Shown piece after piece: positions 1-10,148 of a stretch of 64,000 nucleotides of DNA. The notes under the pieces were generated by a model. It searched no databases. It saw only the letters and a program-made list of their open reading frames with translations, and was not told where the DNA came from. Location: IMG/VR virus record IMGVR_UViG_3300037189_010778, positions 1 to 64,000 of that record; one strand, 5' to 3'. Source of the DNA: an uncultured virus (IMG/VR IMGVR_UViG_3300037189_010778). Lineage: Duplodnaviria; Heunggongvirae; Uroviricota; Caudoviricetes. Position 1 is the first letter of the stretch, and each line of letters opens with the position of its first letter. The position numbers and the translations under genes are program-made.

Positions 1-3000
1 AAAGCGTATGATGCTGTAAGAGCATAGGATGAGCTTGTGGCGCTATTAGCTCGAGACGCTGTACCAAATAATGAACCTGTAAATCCTTGAGTGGCAATTA
101 CTGAACCTGTCACCTGAACTAATGAGCCAGATGCAAATATTAAATTGCTTCTATTTAAATCATCTGTACCATTTCCTAATATAAATGCACCAGCTCCTGA
201 TGTTGGTAAGTTGTATATGCCTTGAGCATGCTGGTAATTTGATATTGTGATAGTATTTTGGCCTTCAGCGTGTGAGTAATCTCCACTTGCTGTAGTTGAG
301 CGCCCTTCGGTATGTGAATAATCTCCAACTGCTGTAGTTAAGCGCCCTTCGGCATGTGAATGACTTCCTGATGCTGTTGTACTAAATCCTTCAGCATGTG
401 AATAGCTTCCAACTGTTGTAGTTGAACGCCCTTCGGCATGTGAATAACTTCCTGATGCTGCTGTTCCAGCACCCTCAGCGTGTGAATAGATTCCTGATGC
501 TGTTGTATTAGTTCCTTCAGCATGTGAATAGATTCCTAATGCTGTTGTACTAGATCCTTCAGCATGTGAGTAGTTCCCTATTGCTCTTGTAAAGTATCCT
601 TCAGCATGTGAATAGCTTCCTGATGCTGTTGTATTAAGTCCTTCAGCATGTGAATAGCTTCCTGATGCTGTTGTATTAGATCCTTCAGCATGGGATCCAA
701 TTCCTGTTGCTACTGTACTTTGACCTTCAGCGTGAGAATTATTTCCATGTGCCGTTACATTAGATCCTTGGGCATAAGCATTATAACCATTAACTGTAGC
801 TGATGATCCTTGAGCAAAACTATTACCAGACGATCCTATTGTAATGACACTAGTAAGATCTCCTATAATTAAATTATTATCAGTAATCCTAAAACCACTT
901 ATTGCATTATCATATGCAAAATTTGTACTTCCGTTTATTTTACCTGTACCTGTAGTAAGTAAAACATAATCAGGGTAATTATTTGTTATCGCCGGATATA
1001 TATCTGATGCTGTTAATGAAGTTGACGCACTAATTGCATTAGTAGCATAAGACGCAGTTCCATATAATGAACCACTAAATACTCCATTAAATGAACCACT
1101 AAATGATCCTGTATTACTAAGAAATTGATCTACTCTATTTGCGGTTACTATCACTGAAGGAACAGTAGGACCATATGCGGGAGTACTGGCCGCTAATTGA
1201 ATATCTGTAGCATTTGAAGACCACATTATCTGATAGTAATCGTTAGCGGCAGCATTCACAAACCAATTCCAAGCTGCTACTCCTTTACCATTTTGAGATA
1301 ATTCAACTATAGTATTTGTTTCTATAAGATCACCTCCATTTTTTCTTAACCAAATATAAGTAGTACTTGTTCCTCCAAGACTAGTTTTTTCTAATTGAGC
1401 TGAAAATTGGATGTTGTATACACCAGCATTAGTTGTTTTAATATAAGTGTTGTAAGGACTTGTTGATCCTGATATCGATACTCCGTTTGAAATATCTGTT
1501 GTATTAAGAGACATTGAACGGTTAATATTTGCTACAGGATTTGTTTGTGTAGTAGTGTCATAAAAACTACCATATGATCCTGTTGCTGTATTATATCCTC
1601 CGCCTCCACCAGTTGAACTAACAGTAACTTGACCTAATCCGTTTGCCGGAGATAGACTAATATTTGCTCCTGCTATTAATTGTGTTACACCACCGTTTGC
1701 AGAATAAGATGCTGTAGCGGCGTATGAAGCTGTACCCAATAAAGAACCTGTTAAACTTCCAGATACATTTAAACTTCCTGATAGTGTATAACTTCCTGAT
1801 AATGTTTTTGTATTATTCCAAACAGTTGTATCGTACATCAATAAATCACCATATGTTGGTGATGTTATAGAAACGTCACTTAATCCAGCTAATGTATTGG
1901 TTACAGTTGTACCTCCTCCACTTCCACCTACTGCTCTAAATAATCCACCAGGTATAAATTTATATGATGTACTATCAGTAAAATCCGCGTTATTTCTTAC
2001 TACTAAAGAACCTAAATAAATAGCGTTTGCTGCTGTATTTGGAGCTTCAGTAAATGATTCTACTGTTATATTCGCAATAGCATCTACTTGTGTTGTGTAG
2101 GAAGCATTACCATAGTATACTACTATTGGTTTTGGATTTAATGGTGATGTAGGGAAGAAAAAACATCTTTGAATACTCCATTGTCTGTTTGCTCCTGTAC
2201 CTGGTACTGCAGTTAAAACTCCATTATTTGAATATTTTGTTGGATCAATAGCTCCGTATCCTGTTCCATTATTTGTATCGTATGCCCAAACTGAACCAGA
2301 GTCATAATATCTAAATATTCTACTTGTAGTAGCTCCAGTTCCAGTTACATACGCTGGGTTATTTGGATTTGTTTGGTAATTTCCTCCATCTAAGAAGGCA
2401 GTACCATCACCTACTACTAAACTTCCTGTTGATGAACCACTTGGTGATAAAAGATATCCTGATAGCTTTAATGGGCCAAAAGCAGCAATAAATACATTAC
2501 TTCTTTGCTTCCATCCATATGCTACAGAAGGTTGTGTTACAACTCCATTAATTGAAGAATGATTTTGATGTAGTACTACACCGACAGGAATATAATCATC
2601 TACTTGTCCATCTGTTAAAGGATATCCTTGAGCGTATATTTGTCCACTTGAACTAATAGCAATAAATGACTGATCATAAGAGGCACTTAAAGCATTAATT
2701 GTATTTGTTACATTTCCCCAATTTATATATTGTACTGTTGGATATGGATTATCATTAAATGAAGCATTTAAATTTACTATAATACCACTACCGCTTGCTA
2801 CTTGATATGTAGTTGAGTTTACTTGAGTTACTAATCCTCCATCTAATAAACCGGTATATAAATTTCCTTCTAACCAACGTAAACGAGTTGTATTACTATA
2901 TCCGGCCCCATTTTGAGAAAAATACAAGTCATTTGTAGAACCAGACACATAAATATAAGACGCAGATATCGCAGGGTCAATATTTGAGTTTATTGGTAAA

Positions 3001-3995
3001 TATCTTGTATAACCAGTTTGATTTATATCTCCAAATATTTGAATGTTTGGTGTAGTTGTGCCTTGTGCTCCTGATATAATCAAACTACCTGATAATGTTG
3101 TATTACCATATAAAGCATTATTTCCTACTTGTGTAGTTGATCCACTCACATTAAGTGATCCTGTCAATGATGTGTTTCCTATTAACGTATTTGAACCAGT
3201 TGTTGTTAAAGAACCAGTTATTTGAACAGTTTGACGCAACGGATTAACATACGACGCTGTATTAGCTGTTTGAGCTAGCGTAGCGTATGACGCACTTACT
3301 GCTTGTAAAACGTATGATGCCGTTTGAGCGTTTTGTACGTATGAAGCTGTTTGTGCTGTTACAACATATGAGGCTGTACTAGCATTGTTTGCCCAACTTG
3401 ATGTACCTTGAAGTGAACCTGTGAATCCTGCTGTTGAAATTGTTGAACCAGTTATTGTTAAACTTCCAGTTGGAATAATAACACTACCATATAATGATTG
3501 TGTATCATTAGAAGCGTCACCAAATTGGTTTGATCCAGATGAGTATATTACAGAAGCTGTTTCATAAACTACATTTAAATAATTTATAGAAGCTGTGCCA
3601 TTTATAGTAATATTTCCTGTGATTGTACCACCAGTTAAAGGTAGATATAAGGGAGCTACTGAGGCAGTAGCAGCATATGATGAACTTAATACATACGAAG
3701 CAGTTTGAGCTATTTGTACATATGATGCTGTTAAAGCATATGATGAACTTAATGAACTAGAGGCAAATGATGATGATGGAGATGTTTTTAGTACTAAATC
3801 TGTACTTGCCGTTGTTGGACTAAACCAATATTCTACTGGAGCTCCACTACCTGTGATAGTCACAGTCATTCCTACATACCTGAGTAACGTACTTATTGAT
3901 CCTGTAGCTTCCGCTACACTAGCGTATGGTCCTAACCTAGAATCTATGTTCTTGGTCGTATTGACTGTAAAATTATCTATTACTGATATTGCCAT
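1..3995 (-). CDS. Large tail fibre/adhesin-like virion protein (3'-truncated by window, >1330 aa)
   Basis: ATG at 3995 reads MAISVIDNFTVNTTKNIDSRLGPY...; the same frame reads ...SSSYALTASYA at the window edge. Absent from ORF track, consistent with no stop inside the window (not every codon checked). Has (T/S)ASY repeats and SHAEG repeats. Confidence 0.8.
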   Translation of the reverse strand, partial: MAISVIDNFTVNTTKNIDSRLGPYASVAEATGSISTLLRYVGMTVTITGSGAPVEYWFSPTTASTDLVLKTSPSSSFASSSLSSSYALTASYVQIAQTASYVLSSSYAATASVAPLYLPLTGGTITGNITINGTASINYLNVVYETASVIYSSGSNQFGDASNDTQSLYGSVIIPTGSLTITGSTISTAGFTGSLQGTSSWANNASTASYVVTAQTASYVQNAQTASYVLQAVSASYATLAQTANTASYVNPLRQTVQITGSLTTTGSNTLIGNTSLTGSLNVSGSTTQVGNNALYGNTTLSGSLIISGAQGTTTPNIQIFGDINQTGYTRYLPINSNIDPAISASYIYVSGSTNDLYFSQNGAGYSNTTRLRWLEGNLYTGLLDGGLVTQVNSTTYQVASGSGIIVNLNASFNDNPYPTVQYINWGNVTNTINALSASYDQSFIAISSSGQIYAQGYPLTDGQVDDYIPVGVVLHQNHSSINGVVTQPSVAYGWKQRSNVFIAAFGPLKLSGYLLSPSGSSTGSLVVGDGTAFLDGGNYQTNPNNPAYVTGTGATTSRIFRYYDSGSVWAYDTNNGTGYGAIDPTKYSNNGVLTAVPGTGANRQWSIQRCFFFPTSPLNPKPIVVYYGNASYTTQVDAIANITVESFTEAPNTAANAIYLGSLVVRNNADFTDSTSYKFIPGGLFRAVGGSGGGTTVTNTLAGLSDVSITSPTYGDLLMYDTTVWNNTKTLSGSYTLSGSLNVSGSLTGSLLGTASYAATASYSANGGVTQLIAGANISLSPANGLGQVTVSSTGGGGGYNTATGSYGSFYDTTTQTNPVANINRSMSLNTTDISNGVSISGSTSPYNTYIKTTNAGVYNIQFSAQLEKTSLGGTSTTYIWLRKNGGDLIETNTIVELSQNGKGVAAWNWFVNAAANDYYQIMWSSNATDIQLAASTPAYGPTVPSVIVTANRVDQFLSNTGSFSGSFNGVFSGSLYGTASYATNAISASTSLTASDIYPAITNNYPDYVLLTTGTGKINGSTNFAYDNAISGFRITDNNLIIGDLTSVITIGSSGNSFAQGSSATVNGYNAYAQGSNVTAHGNNSHAEGQSTVATGIGSHAEGSNTTASGSYSHAEGLNTTASGSYSHAEGYFTRAIGNYSHAEGSSTTALGIYSHAEGTNTTASGIYSHAEGAGTAASGSYSHAEGRSTTTVGSYSHAEGFSTTASGSHSHAEGRLTTAVGDYSHTEGRSTTASGDYSHAEGQNTITISNYQHAQGIYNLPTSGAGAFILGNGTDDLNRSNLIFASGSLVQVTGSVIATQGFTGSLFGTASRANSATSSSYALTASYA
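255..765 (-). repeat. Coding tandem repeat, ~12 x 42 bp (14 aa, GxYSHAEGxxTxA), YadA/trimeric adhesin head-like
   Basis: ccttcagcatgtgaata-type unit recurs every 42 nt, in frame in the tail fibre gene. Confidence 0.85.
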
Positions 3996-4004
3996 GATTC
4001 GTCG

Positions 4005-5744
4005 TTATGTAAATATATAGTTTTGAGCTGGAGATACATTAGTTAGTGTGTTTGAGCGGTATATCTTATAGGATATTCCCGACCATTTTCCTGGGGCTCC
4101 ATCTTGGTTTCTGGTATATTTTGTAAAAGCTGATAGTACTTCAAAACCATTACCGTCCTTAATAGATGTTAAATCTGCATAACTTGCTGGGTAGCAGAAA
4201 TATACATAAGCGCTGGTACCATTAATAGATAGCGTTTTTGTACCTTGTGACTGTACTAGTTGAGTTAATGATGCTGATATATTTCCTGTTGTAGAGTAGT
4301 CAGTTGCAGACATTCCATAATAATATGGATACACATACGTTATAGTTCTTGTTTGAGTTATAAGAGCACTTGTTTGTGGATTAATAGCGTTTAGGGTAAG
4401 TGTTACTGATCCAGCAACAGTATTATTTATTGTTTGTGTACCACCTAATCCTAAGTTATTTGAACTTCCTAATACATTGTTTCCAAAGAAATATGTAAAG
4501 TTTCCAGTAGATGCATTAGATGCTGTAAAACTAGCACTATAAGCATATCTACCATTAGGACTATCTGCTGTTGCTGTAAATGATGAGGTGTTAAATGTAT
4601 AAGAACTACTTACTTCAGCTGTTGGGCTTGAACTCAATATTAAAGTACCACCATTATATAATGAAAATGCTCCTAATGTTGGTGCTATGTATGTTATTAA
4701 CATAGCTCTTAAAATAGATTCTACACTTGATCCAGATTGATAAGTAGTACCAGATGTTGAACCCCCTACAGTAACATTTGATGTTAATGTTTGTTGTAAT
4801 ATAGTATTTGAGGCTGTTATAGCTAGACTAGCTGTTCCTAATAAACTGCCTGTAAATCCTAATGTAGATGTCACTGATCCAGTTACAACTAAACTACCAG
4901 TTATTATAGCACTACCTGTATACGGGAATGAAGAAGCATTTGCTACATAAGATGCGGTTAAAGCGTAGGATGAACTCACAGCATTTAAAATATAAGATGC
5001 TGTTTGAGCGTTTTGAACATATGAAGATGTTAAAGCGTAAGACGCTGAAGTGGAACTAGATGCGTATGAGGCGCTTATTACGCTGCCTCCATAATATGAT
5101 GCTGTATTAGCTGTTTGAGCTAGAATAGCAAACGATGCGCTTACAGCCTGTAAAACATATGATGCACTTACAGCATTTTGTACGTATGATGCGGTTTGGG
5201 CTGTTGCAACATAAGACGCAGTTTGTGCTGTTTGTACAAATGAGGCTGTAGCGGCATAAGATGCGCTTAAAGCAGGATTAGTACTATTATGAACTGAGCC
5301 AGTAACATAAGATGCTGTAAGAGAATATGATGCACTAGTTGAACTAGACGCGTAAGAAGCACTTACAGCTTGTAAGACATAGGATGCAGTTTGTGCAGTT
5401 TGTACGTAGGATGCTGTCACCGCTTGTGATGCACTTACAGCCCAACTCGATGTACCTTGTAATGATCCTGTAAATCCTAATGTAGATGTTATCGAACCAG
5501 TTACAACTAAACTACCCGTTATTATAGCACTACCTGTATAAGGGAATGTTGATCCTCCTCCACCTGAACCAGTTGCTACAGTTATAGGGAATGTACTACC
5601 ATCTCCCTTAGTAAATGTAATTGTATTTGAAGATACAGAAGCAGTAGTAAGTAGACTCGCTGTACTAACTGCACTTCCTCCTCCACCAGCATTTTGCTCA
5701 TAGAATCCTACTGGAACCTGATCTAAAAATCTTACTCTAGCCAT
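4005..5744 (-). CDS. Tail fibre-like virion protein with SASY/TASY repeats
   Basis: 579 aa, Ser/Thr/Ala/Gly rich; internal duplication FPYTGSAIITGSLVVTGS.TSTLGFTGSL; follows neck genes. Confidence 0.65.
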   Translation of the reverse strand: MARVRFLDQVPVGFYEQNAGGGGSAVSTASLLTTASVSSNTITFTKGDGSTFPITVATGSGGGGSTFPYTGSAIITGSLVVTGSITSTLGFTGSLQGTSSWAVSASQAVTASYVQTAQTASYVLQAVSASYASSSTSASYSLTASYVTGSVHNSTNPALSASYAATASFVQTAQTASYVATAQTASYVQNAVSASYVLQAVSASFAILAQTANTASYYGGSVISASYASSSTSASYALTSSYVQNAQTASYILNAVSSSYALTASYVANASSFPYTGSAIITGSLVVTGSVTSTLGFTGSLLGTASLAITASNTILQQTLTSNVTVGGSTSGTTYQSGSSVESILRAMLITYIAPTLGAFSLYNGGTLILSSSPTAEVSSSYTFNTSSFTATADSPNGRYAYSASFTASNASTGNFTYFFGNNVLGSSNNLGLGGTQTINNTVAGSVTLTLNAINPQTSALITQTRTITYVYPYYYGMSATDYSTTGNISASLTQLVQSQGTKTLSINGTSAYVYFCYPASYADLTSIKDGNGFEVLSAFTKYTRNQDGAPGKWSGISYKIYRSNTLTNVSPAQNYIFT

Positions 5745-5763
5745 CTAATGTTTTTTATAAATA

Positions 5764-6729
5764 TTAAATTATAGTAGCTCTTGATGTTGATTGGTCTATT
5801 TGTACTTTTCTTTCAGCTTCTTTTCTCTTAAGTTCAGTAGCAGTACCATCAGCATTAACAGAACCTTTAAGGATAGCTTCATTAGTTGTAGCTTCAACTG
5901 AGAATATCACTTTAGATTTATCACGAAATTTGATTACAGAACTTAAATCTTTTTGTATCACATTAGGTATAAGATATCCATTTAATTTAATATCAAAAGT
6001 ACTTTTAACTGCTCTTTCATCATTATCTGATAATTCACTTATTGTACTAAATGAATCAATCCGTGTTTGGAATTTATAACGTTGAGGATCTCCCCAATAT
6101 GAATCAGAAGCGTAATTTATTGCTTCAATTATTTTATTTAGTTGATCTACATAATACGTAAACACAACACAAGTATACGTTACCGTTACATAATCCGGCA
6201 TAATAGCGGCGTAGTACGTTTTTTCAGGTACCCTGTTATTTAAAACGTTAAAGTTAGAATACGCGTCGTATGGGGAATATTTTTTTACAAATACACCAAA
6301 ATTATTAGGATTATTAGCGTCTAATTTATTAGCTATAGTTCTATTTTTTTCTATACTACCACGTTTAAATACTATAAGAGGATACATAGGTGATCCTTTA
6401 CTATCTCTATAATATCCGTCTTTCTGCATTGATTTCCATTTTTCAGGAGCACCATAAAGTACAGGAACTACTAATCGTTCATTATTTTGAATAATAAATG
6501 GTTTTATAATATTTTGAAAATAAAATAATACAGCCTCATCTATATCTTGTATACCAACACTAAATGGTTTTGTAGTATCTCCATCAAATGATGTCTGTAG
6601 TGCTCTATTTTTCTCAGGAGATTCATACGAGTAATTAGGATTACCCATAGTAGCATCCTTAGGAGTTTGAAGTCCTACACTTATCTCACGTTGGGTTTTT
6701 GGTATTGGTTTTCTTCCTTGTGTGGCCAT
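5764..6729 (-). CDS. Tail completion/terminator protein (T4 gp15-like)
   Basis: VPVLYGAPEKW and P.YVTVTY..VVFT..DQLNKIIEAI patterns; position after gp13/gp14-like genes. Confidence 0.65.
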   Translation of the reverse strand: MATQGRKPIPKTQREISVGLQTPKDATMGNPNYSYESPEKNRALQTSFDGDTTKPFSVGIQDIDEAVLFYFQNIIKPFIIQNNERLVVPVLYGAPEKWKSMQKDGYYRDSKGSPMYPLIVFKRGSIEKNRTIANKLDANNPNNFGVFVKKYSPYDAYSNFNVLNNRVPEKTYYAAIMPDYVTVTYTCVVFTYYVDQLNKIIEAINYASDSYWGDPQRYKFQTRIDSFSTISELSDNDERAVKSTFDIKLNGYLIPNVIQKDLSSVIKFRDKSKVIFSVEATTNEAILKGSVNADGTATELKRKEAERKVQIDQSTSRATII

Positions 6730-6739
6730 AGTTTATATT

Positions 6740-7261
6740 TTATAATCGGTATGGTTGAATTCCTAAACGATCTCCTGGTACGTAGTGGGTTGTGCATATA
6801 ACACTAACATTGTATCCAAAGTATCCTAAATTTGGATTTAATGGATTATTTCCGTTAGAATCAGTGTATGGATAAGCAGGATCTTTACCTGTAAAGAATT
6901 GAACTATGTTTTCATTATCTATTTCCCAATAAGCATTTTGCCACATTATCACATCACCTACTGCAGGTTCAACCCCAGCATCTACTAGATCATCTCTTAA
7001 AAATTTAAATGTTATAGCCCATTCAAATCCAACCATATCATCAGGAGTTGGGGCTGTTTGATCTCCAACATCAATTAAACAATTAAATAAAACAGGTTCT
7101 TCAAAATATCTTCCACTTGAAGCTTCACCATATATGTTTGTAATAGTATCAGTAATATTACATTTATAAAATACACACTGTTGGGTAATTATATTACCCA
7201 TCAATTCTCTGTTCACATATCTGAACATACTCATGTCTCTTGCTGATCCAAATAAAGCCAT
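6740..7261 (-). CDS. Neck/head-closure protein (T4 gp14-like)
   Basis: 173 aa; NIYGEA and P.VGDVI....YWEI motifs; synteny. Confidence 0.6.
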   Translation of the reverse strand: MALFGSARDMSMFRYVNRELMGNIITQQCVFYKCNITDTITNIYGEASSGRYFEEPVLFNCLIDVGDQTAPTPDDMVGFEWAITFKFLRDDLVDAGVEPAVGDVIMWQNAYWEIDNENIVQFFTGKDPAYPYTDSNGNNPLNPNLGYFGYNVSVICTTHYVPGDRLGIQPYRL

Positions 7262-7264
7262 ATT

Positions 7265-8410
7265 TTAACCTATATATATTGTCATTGGTACATAATTAAT
7301 TTCTTTTACACGTGCTTCTGATTCTGCTGCTCTTCTTTCAAGTAAAGATTGATTAGACGTTTCATTAAAATATGTACGTAATCTTTCAATTAAAGCATTT
7401 TTAGTTTCAGTAGCGGATGAAAGTAAATCTTGTTGATTTAATGTAACATTATCTCCAGGAATCGGAATTGTACCATATTTTCCTCTAACATATCCTAACA
7501 TTTCTTTAGATAATGCCAATGTATATTCAAATATCCATTGTCTGCCTATTGAATTTATTTGTGAATATATTGGATTACTATATGGAGCATTAGACTCATT
7601 AGTGACTTTATTTCCATCTGTTTGTTGGATTGAGTCATTTATCCTATCATCTAATTTTATATATTGAAATGATAAAAATGAATATACATTACCATAATTA
7701 GGTACAGGAAATATTCTTAATTTATTATTAATAATTTCAAAAGTATAATTAGGACCAATTACAGTATTCTGCATTTCAATAGACTGTACAGTCTGTATTG
7801 TTAAACTTGTAGGTACCATTAAATATCCTGTAGTACCATATCCTAAACCATAAGCACCAGCAGCTGGAGCTCCACCTAAATTAGCGTAAGCTATAGGGTT
7901 AAATAATTGGTTTACAGCTGGTGGAGGATTATAAAATATATTTTTAATTTCAATTCCTCCTGTTATATTTTGAGATGACGCCCATACATTTAAATCATAA
8001 TCTTGAACACCTGGAATAAGAGGAATTGAACCACTGTACCAAGTAACATTACCTCCAACACCTGCTTCTTCACCATATTGTTGAGATAGTCTCACTATAT
8101 TAGCAAAATTAGGTGTTATAATAGCATCATTGAGGTTAACATCAGTATTTAAACCTTCTACATTTAATAAGTTATCTCTAACTTTAAAGGCATAAAGTTC
8201 ATTACCATATGTGGTTACAGCATACTCAAACGCTGTATAAAAATTTATATCTTGTAATTCAACTTCTTGAATAGGATAACCTAAACGTTGAGCACAAAAT
8301 TTAGATACTTTGTCAGCATCTACCTGAAATTGAGGGTCATAATCGTAAAACCCAAATGGAGTTTCTCCAGGGGCAAACGATGATGATCCAGGCCATATTG
8401 GTACATTCAT
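7265..8410 (-). CDS. Neck/head-tail adaptor (T4 gp13-like)
   Basis: RLGYPIQEVELQD near N-terminus; WIFEYTLALSKEMLG...KYGTIPIPG..VTLN near C-terminus. Confidence 0.75.
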   Translation of the reverse strand: MNVPIWPGSSSFAPGETPFGFYDYDPQFQVDADKVSKFCAQRLGYPIQEVELQDINFYTAFEYAVTTYGNELYAFKVRDNLLNVEGLNTDVNLNDAIITPNFANIVRLSQQYGEEAGVGGNVTWYSGSIPLIPGVQDYDLNVWASSQNITGGIEIKNIFYNPPPAVNQLFNPIAYANLGGAPAAGAYGLGYGTTGYLMVPTSLTIQTVQSIEMQNTVIGPNYTFEIINNKLRIFPVPNYGNVYSFLSFQYIKLDDRINDSIQQTDGNKVTNESNAPYSNPIYSQINSIGRQWIFEYTLALSKEMLGYVRGKYGTIPIPGDNVTLNQQDLLSSATETKNALIERLRTYFNETSNQSLLERRAAESEARVKEINYVPMTIYIG

Positions 8411-8414
8411 ATAA

Positions 8415-8840
8415 TTAAGTTGTTGCTATATAATATTCTACTACTGCGCTTGAACCAGATGGTTCTATGTAAACGTTTTGGATATCTTTAAATGTAAAAC
8501 TATTATCAACACTACTTGTTATCTTACTAGTTGATAAGAAAAATGAACTTCCTGTTGATACTAAAAATGAAGCACTTATATTAGGTGTACCTGTAATAAT
8601 AAGTTTTACAGGAACTGTTGATGAGTTTGTTATTCTAGCATATTGTATACTACTAGTTACAAACTGACCAGCACCAGGTATATTACTTAAATTAAAAATT
8701 GAAGTTTGAGAACCAGAAGGACAATTTAATATTCTATTATCTACATAATTAATACCATCAATTGTAAGAGTAGTATATGAACCTAAATCATTTCCGTTTA
8801 ATGTTATACTTTCATATATCTTTGAGGTAAAGGTTGCCAT
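8415..8840 (-). CDS. Hypothetical virion protein
   Basis: 141 aa ORF, Ser/Thr rich, preceded by ATATTTATA motif. Confidence 0.55.
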   Translation of the reverse strand: MATFTSKIYESITLNGNDLGSYTTLTIDGINYVDNRILNCPSGSQTSIFNLSNIPGAGQFVTSSIQYARITNSSTVPVKLIITGTPNISASFLVSTGSSFFLSTSKITSSVDNSFTFKDIQNVYIEPSGSSAVVEYYIATT

Positions 8841-8870
8841 GGTTTTTGATTATAAATATTGGAAAGATAA

Positions 8871-9539
8871 TTACTTTCCATATTCATAGTCAAGTATTTT
8901 ACCAACTAGGTCTGAGCGGTGATTTTCTTTAAGTTTAATCCACTTAATTTCTTCTATTTTTTTAGATATTTCTATAACGTAAGATAAACCGTTAATTTCG
9001 CCGGTAGGTGTTTTTATATCAGTCTGTTCATTATCTCCGTTTATCACGATTTTTCCGTTTTTACCTAAACGAGTAAGTATAGCTAACATTTCTGCTTTAG
9101 TCATATTTTGTGCTTCTTCTACAATCAAAATATCATCTATAGTTTTACCACGTATAAACTGTACAGGCATTGCCTTGATTTTACCATCATCAACTATTTT
9201 GGTAACTTCGTTTTTATCCGAGCAACATTTTGTAAGATTCTCAAGTAAGGCTTCCATGTATGGATCAAATTTCTCATTTAAAGAACCAGGTAAAAATCCT
9301 AAACTCTTACCTACCTCAATTGCTGCACGTGTATTATATATGCAGTCTATTTGTTTTTTCTTAAGAAAATCTAACGCTGCTTGAGCACACACTAGTGATT
9401 TACCACTACCTGCCCTTCCTGTTACTATAACAATTTGATTTTCAACTATTAAACGTTTTGCTTCTTTTTGCTCATCATTAAGTTGTAGAGCGTTTATAGA
9501 TTTTATTTCGTTTTTTCTAACGCGATTTGGATCTTTCAT
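8871..9539 (-). CDS. phoH: PhoH-family ATPase
   Basis: GRAGSGKS Walker A; LGFLPG; FIRGKT; EEAQN; ILTRLG; NGDNEQTD; HRS. Confidence 0.92.
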   Translation of the reverse strand: MKDPNRVRKNEIKSINALQLNDEQKEAKRLIVENQIVIVTGRAGSGKSLVCAQAALDFLKKKQIDCIYNTRAAIEVGKSLGFLPGSLNEKFDPYMEALLENLTKCCSDKNEVTKIVDDGKIKAMPVQFIRGKTIDDILIVEEAQNMTKAEMLAILTRLGKNGKIVINGDNEQTDIKTPTGEINGLSYVIEISKKIEEIKWIKLKENHRSDLVGKILDYEYGK

Positions 9540-9542
9540 ATA

Positions 9543-10070
9543 TTATATATCTAATAACTTTAATTTTCCATCTTTATCATACCCCATATTTCCAGAATTG
9601 ATATCTTTATCTGGTACTGTATCTATTTTATCAACTTCTTTTAGAAATTTAATCCATCTTAAAATTAATAATTGTGTTTTTTGAGTATCAATAAAACTAA
9701 GATTTCCTATAAATTCAAGAAGTGCTCTTACTTTATCTTTATCCATATTTTTTAAACGTCTCAAAACATCATATGAAGCAGTATTTAATATACTTGCTAT
9801 TTCTTTTAATTCATCATCTACCTGATCTGTATTTAATCTTTCTTGAATCATCCATCTTCTATCCCAATTTATTTTATCTATACGAGCAAATAAATCAGGA
9901 TATTTTATAGAGGTTTCATATTCTTGTTTAACTAAACTATCAGTAGCATCAGTCCATGTTTTAATAACATACTGTGGTTTATGAATAAAAATAAAGACAT
10001 TTTTCCATATTCCTCGTTTATTTATTTTTTGCTTCCTAACTAAATTTTTTAAGGCTTCATTTAATGTCAT
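9543..10070 (-). CDS. Protein-kinase-like protein (probable start MTLNE at 10070)
   Basis: RGIWKNV, YVIK, DINSGNMG, LKLLDI in kinase-motif order. Confidence 0.5.
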   Translation of the reverse strand: MTLNEALKNLVRKQKINKRGIWKNVFIFIHKPQYVIKTWTDATDSLVKQEYETSIKYPDLFARIDKINWDRRWMIQERLNTDQVDDELKEIASILNTASYDVLRRLKNMDKDKVRALLEFIGNLSFIDTQKTQLLILRWIKFLKEVDKIDTVPDKDINSGNMGYDKDGKLKLLDI

Positions 10071-10105
10071 TATTAACATTTATTATAAATATGGTAAAAT
10101 AAGAA

Positions 10106-10125
10106 AGAGCCGCAATTGCGGCTCT
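10106..10125 (-). terminator. Intrinsic terminator after major capsid gene
   Basis: Perfect inverted repeat agagccgc-aatt-gcggctct followed on minus strand by TTCTTATTTT. Confidence 0.8.
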
Positions 10126-10148
10126 CTCTACTATGTACCTATACTATA

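Noticed and set aside
255..765. Regular 42-bp repeats as a CRISPR array
   Set aside because: Period is a multiple of 3, units vary at synonymous sites and encode SHAEG repeats; no unique spacers or cas genes
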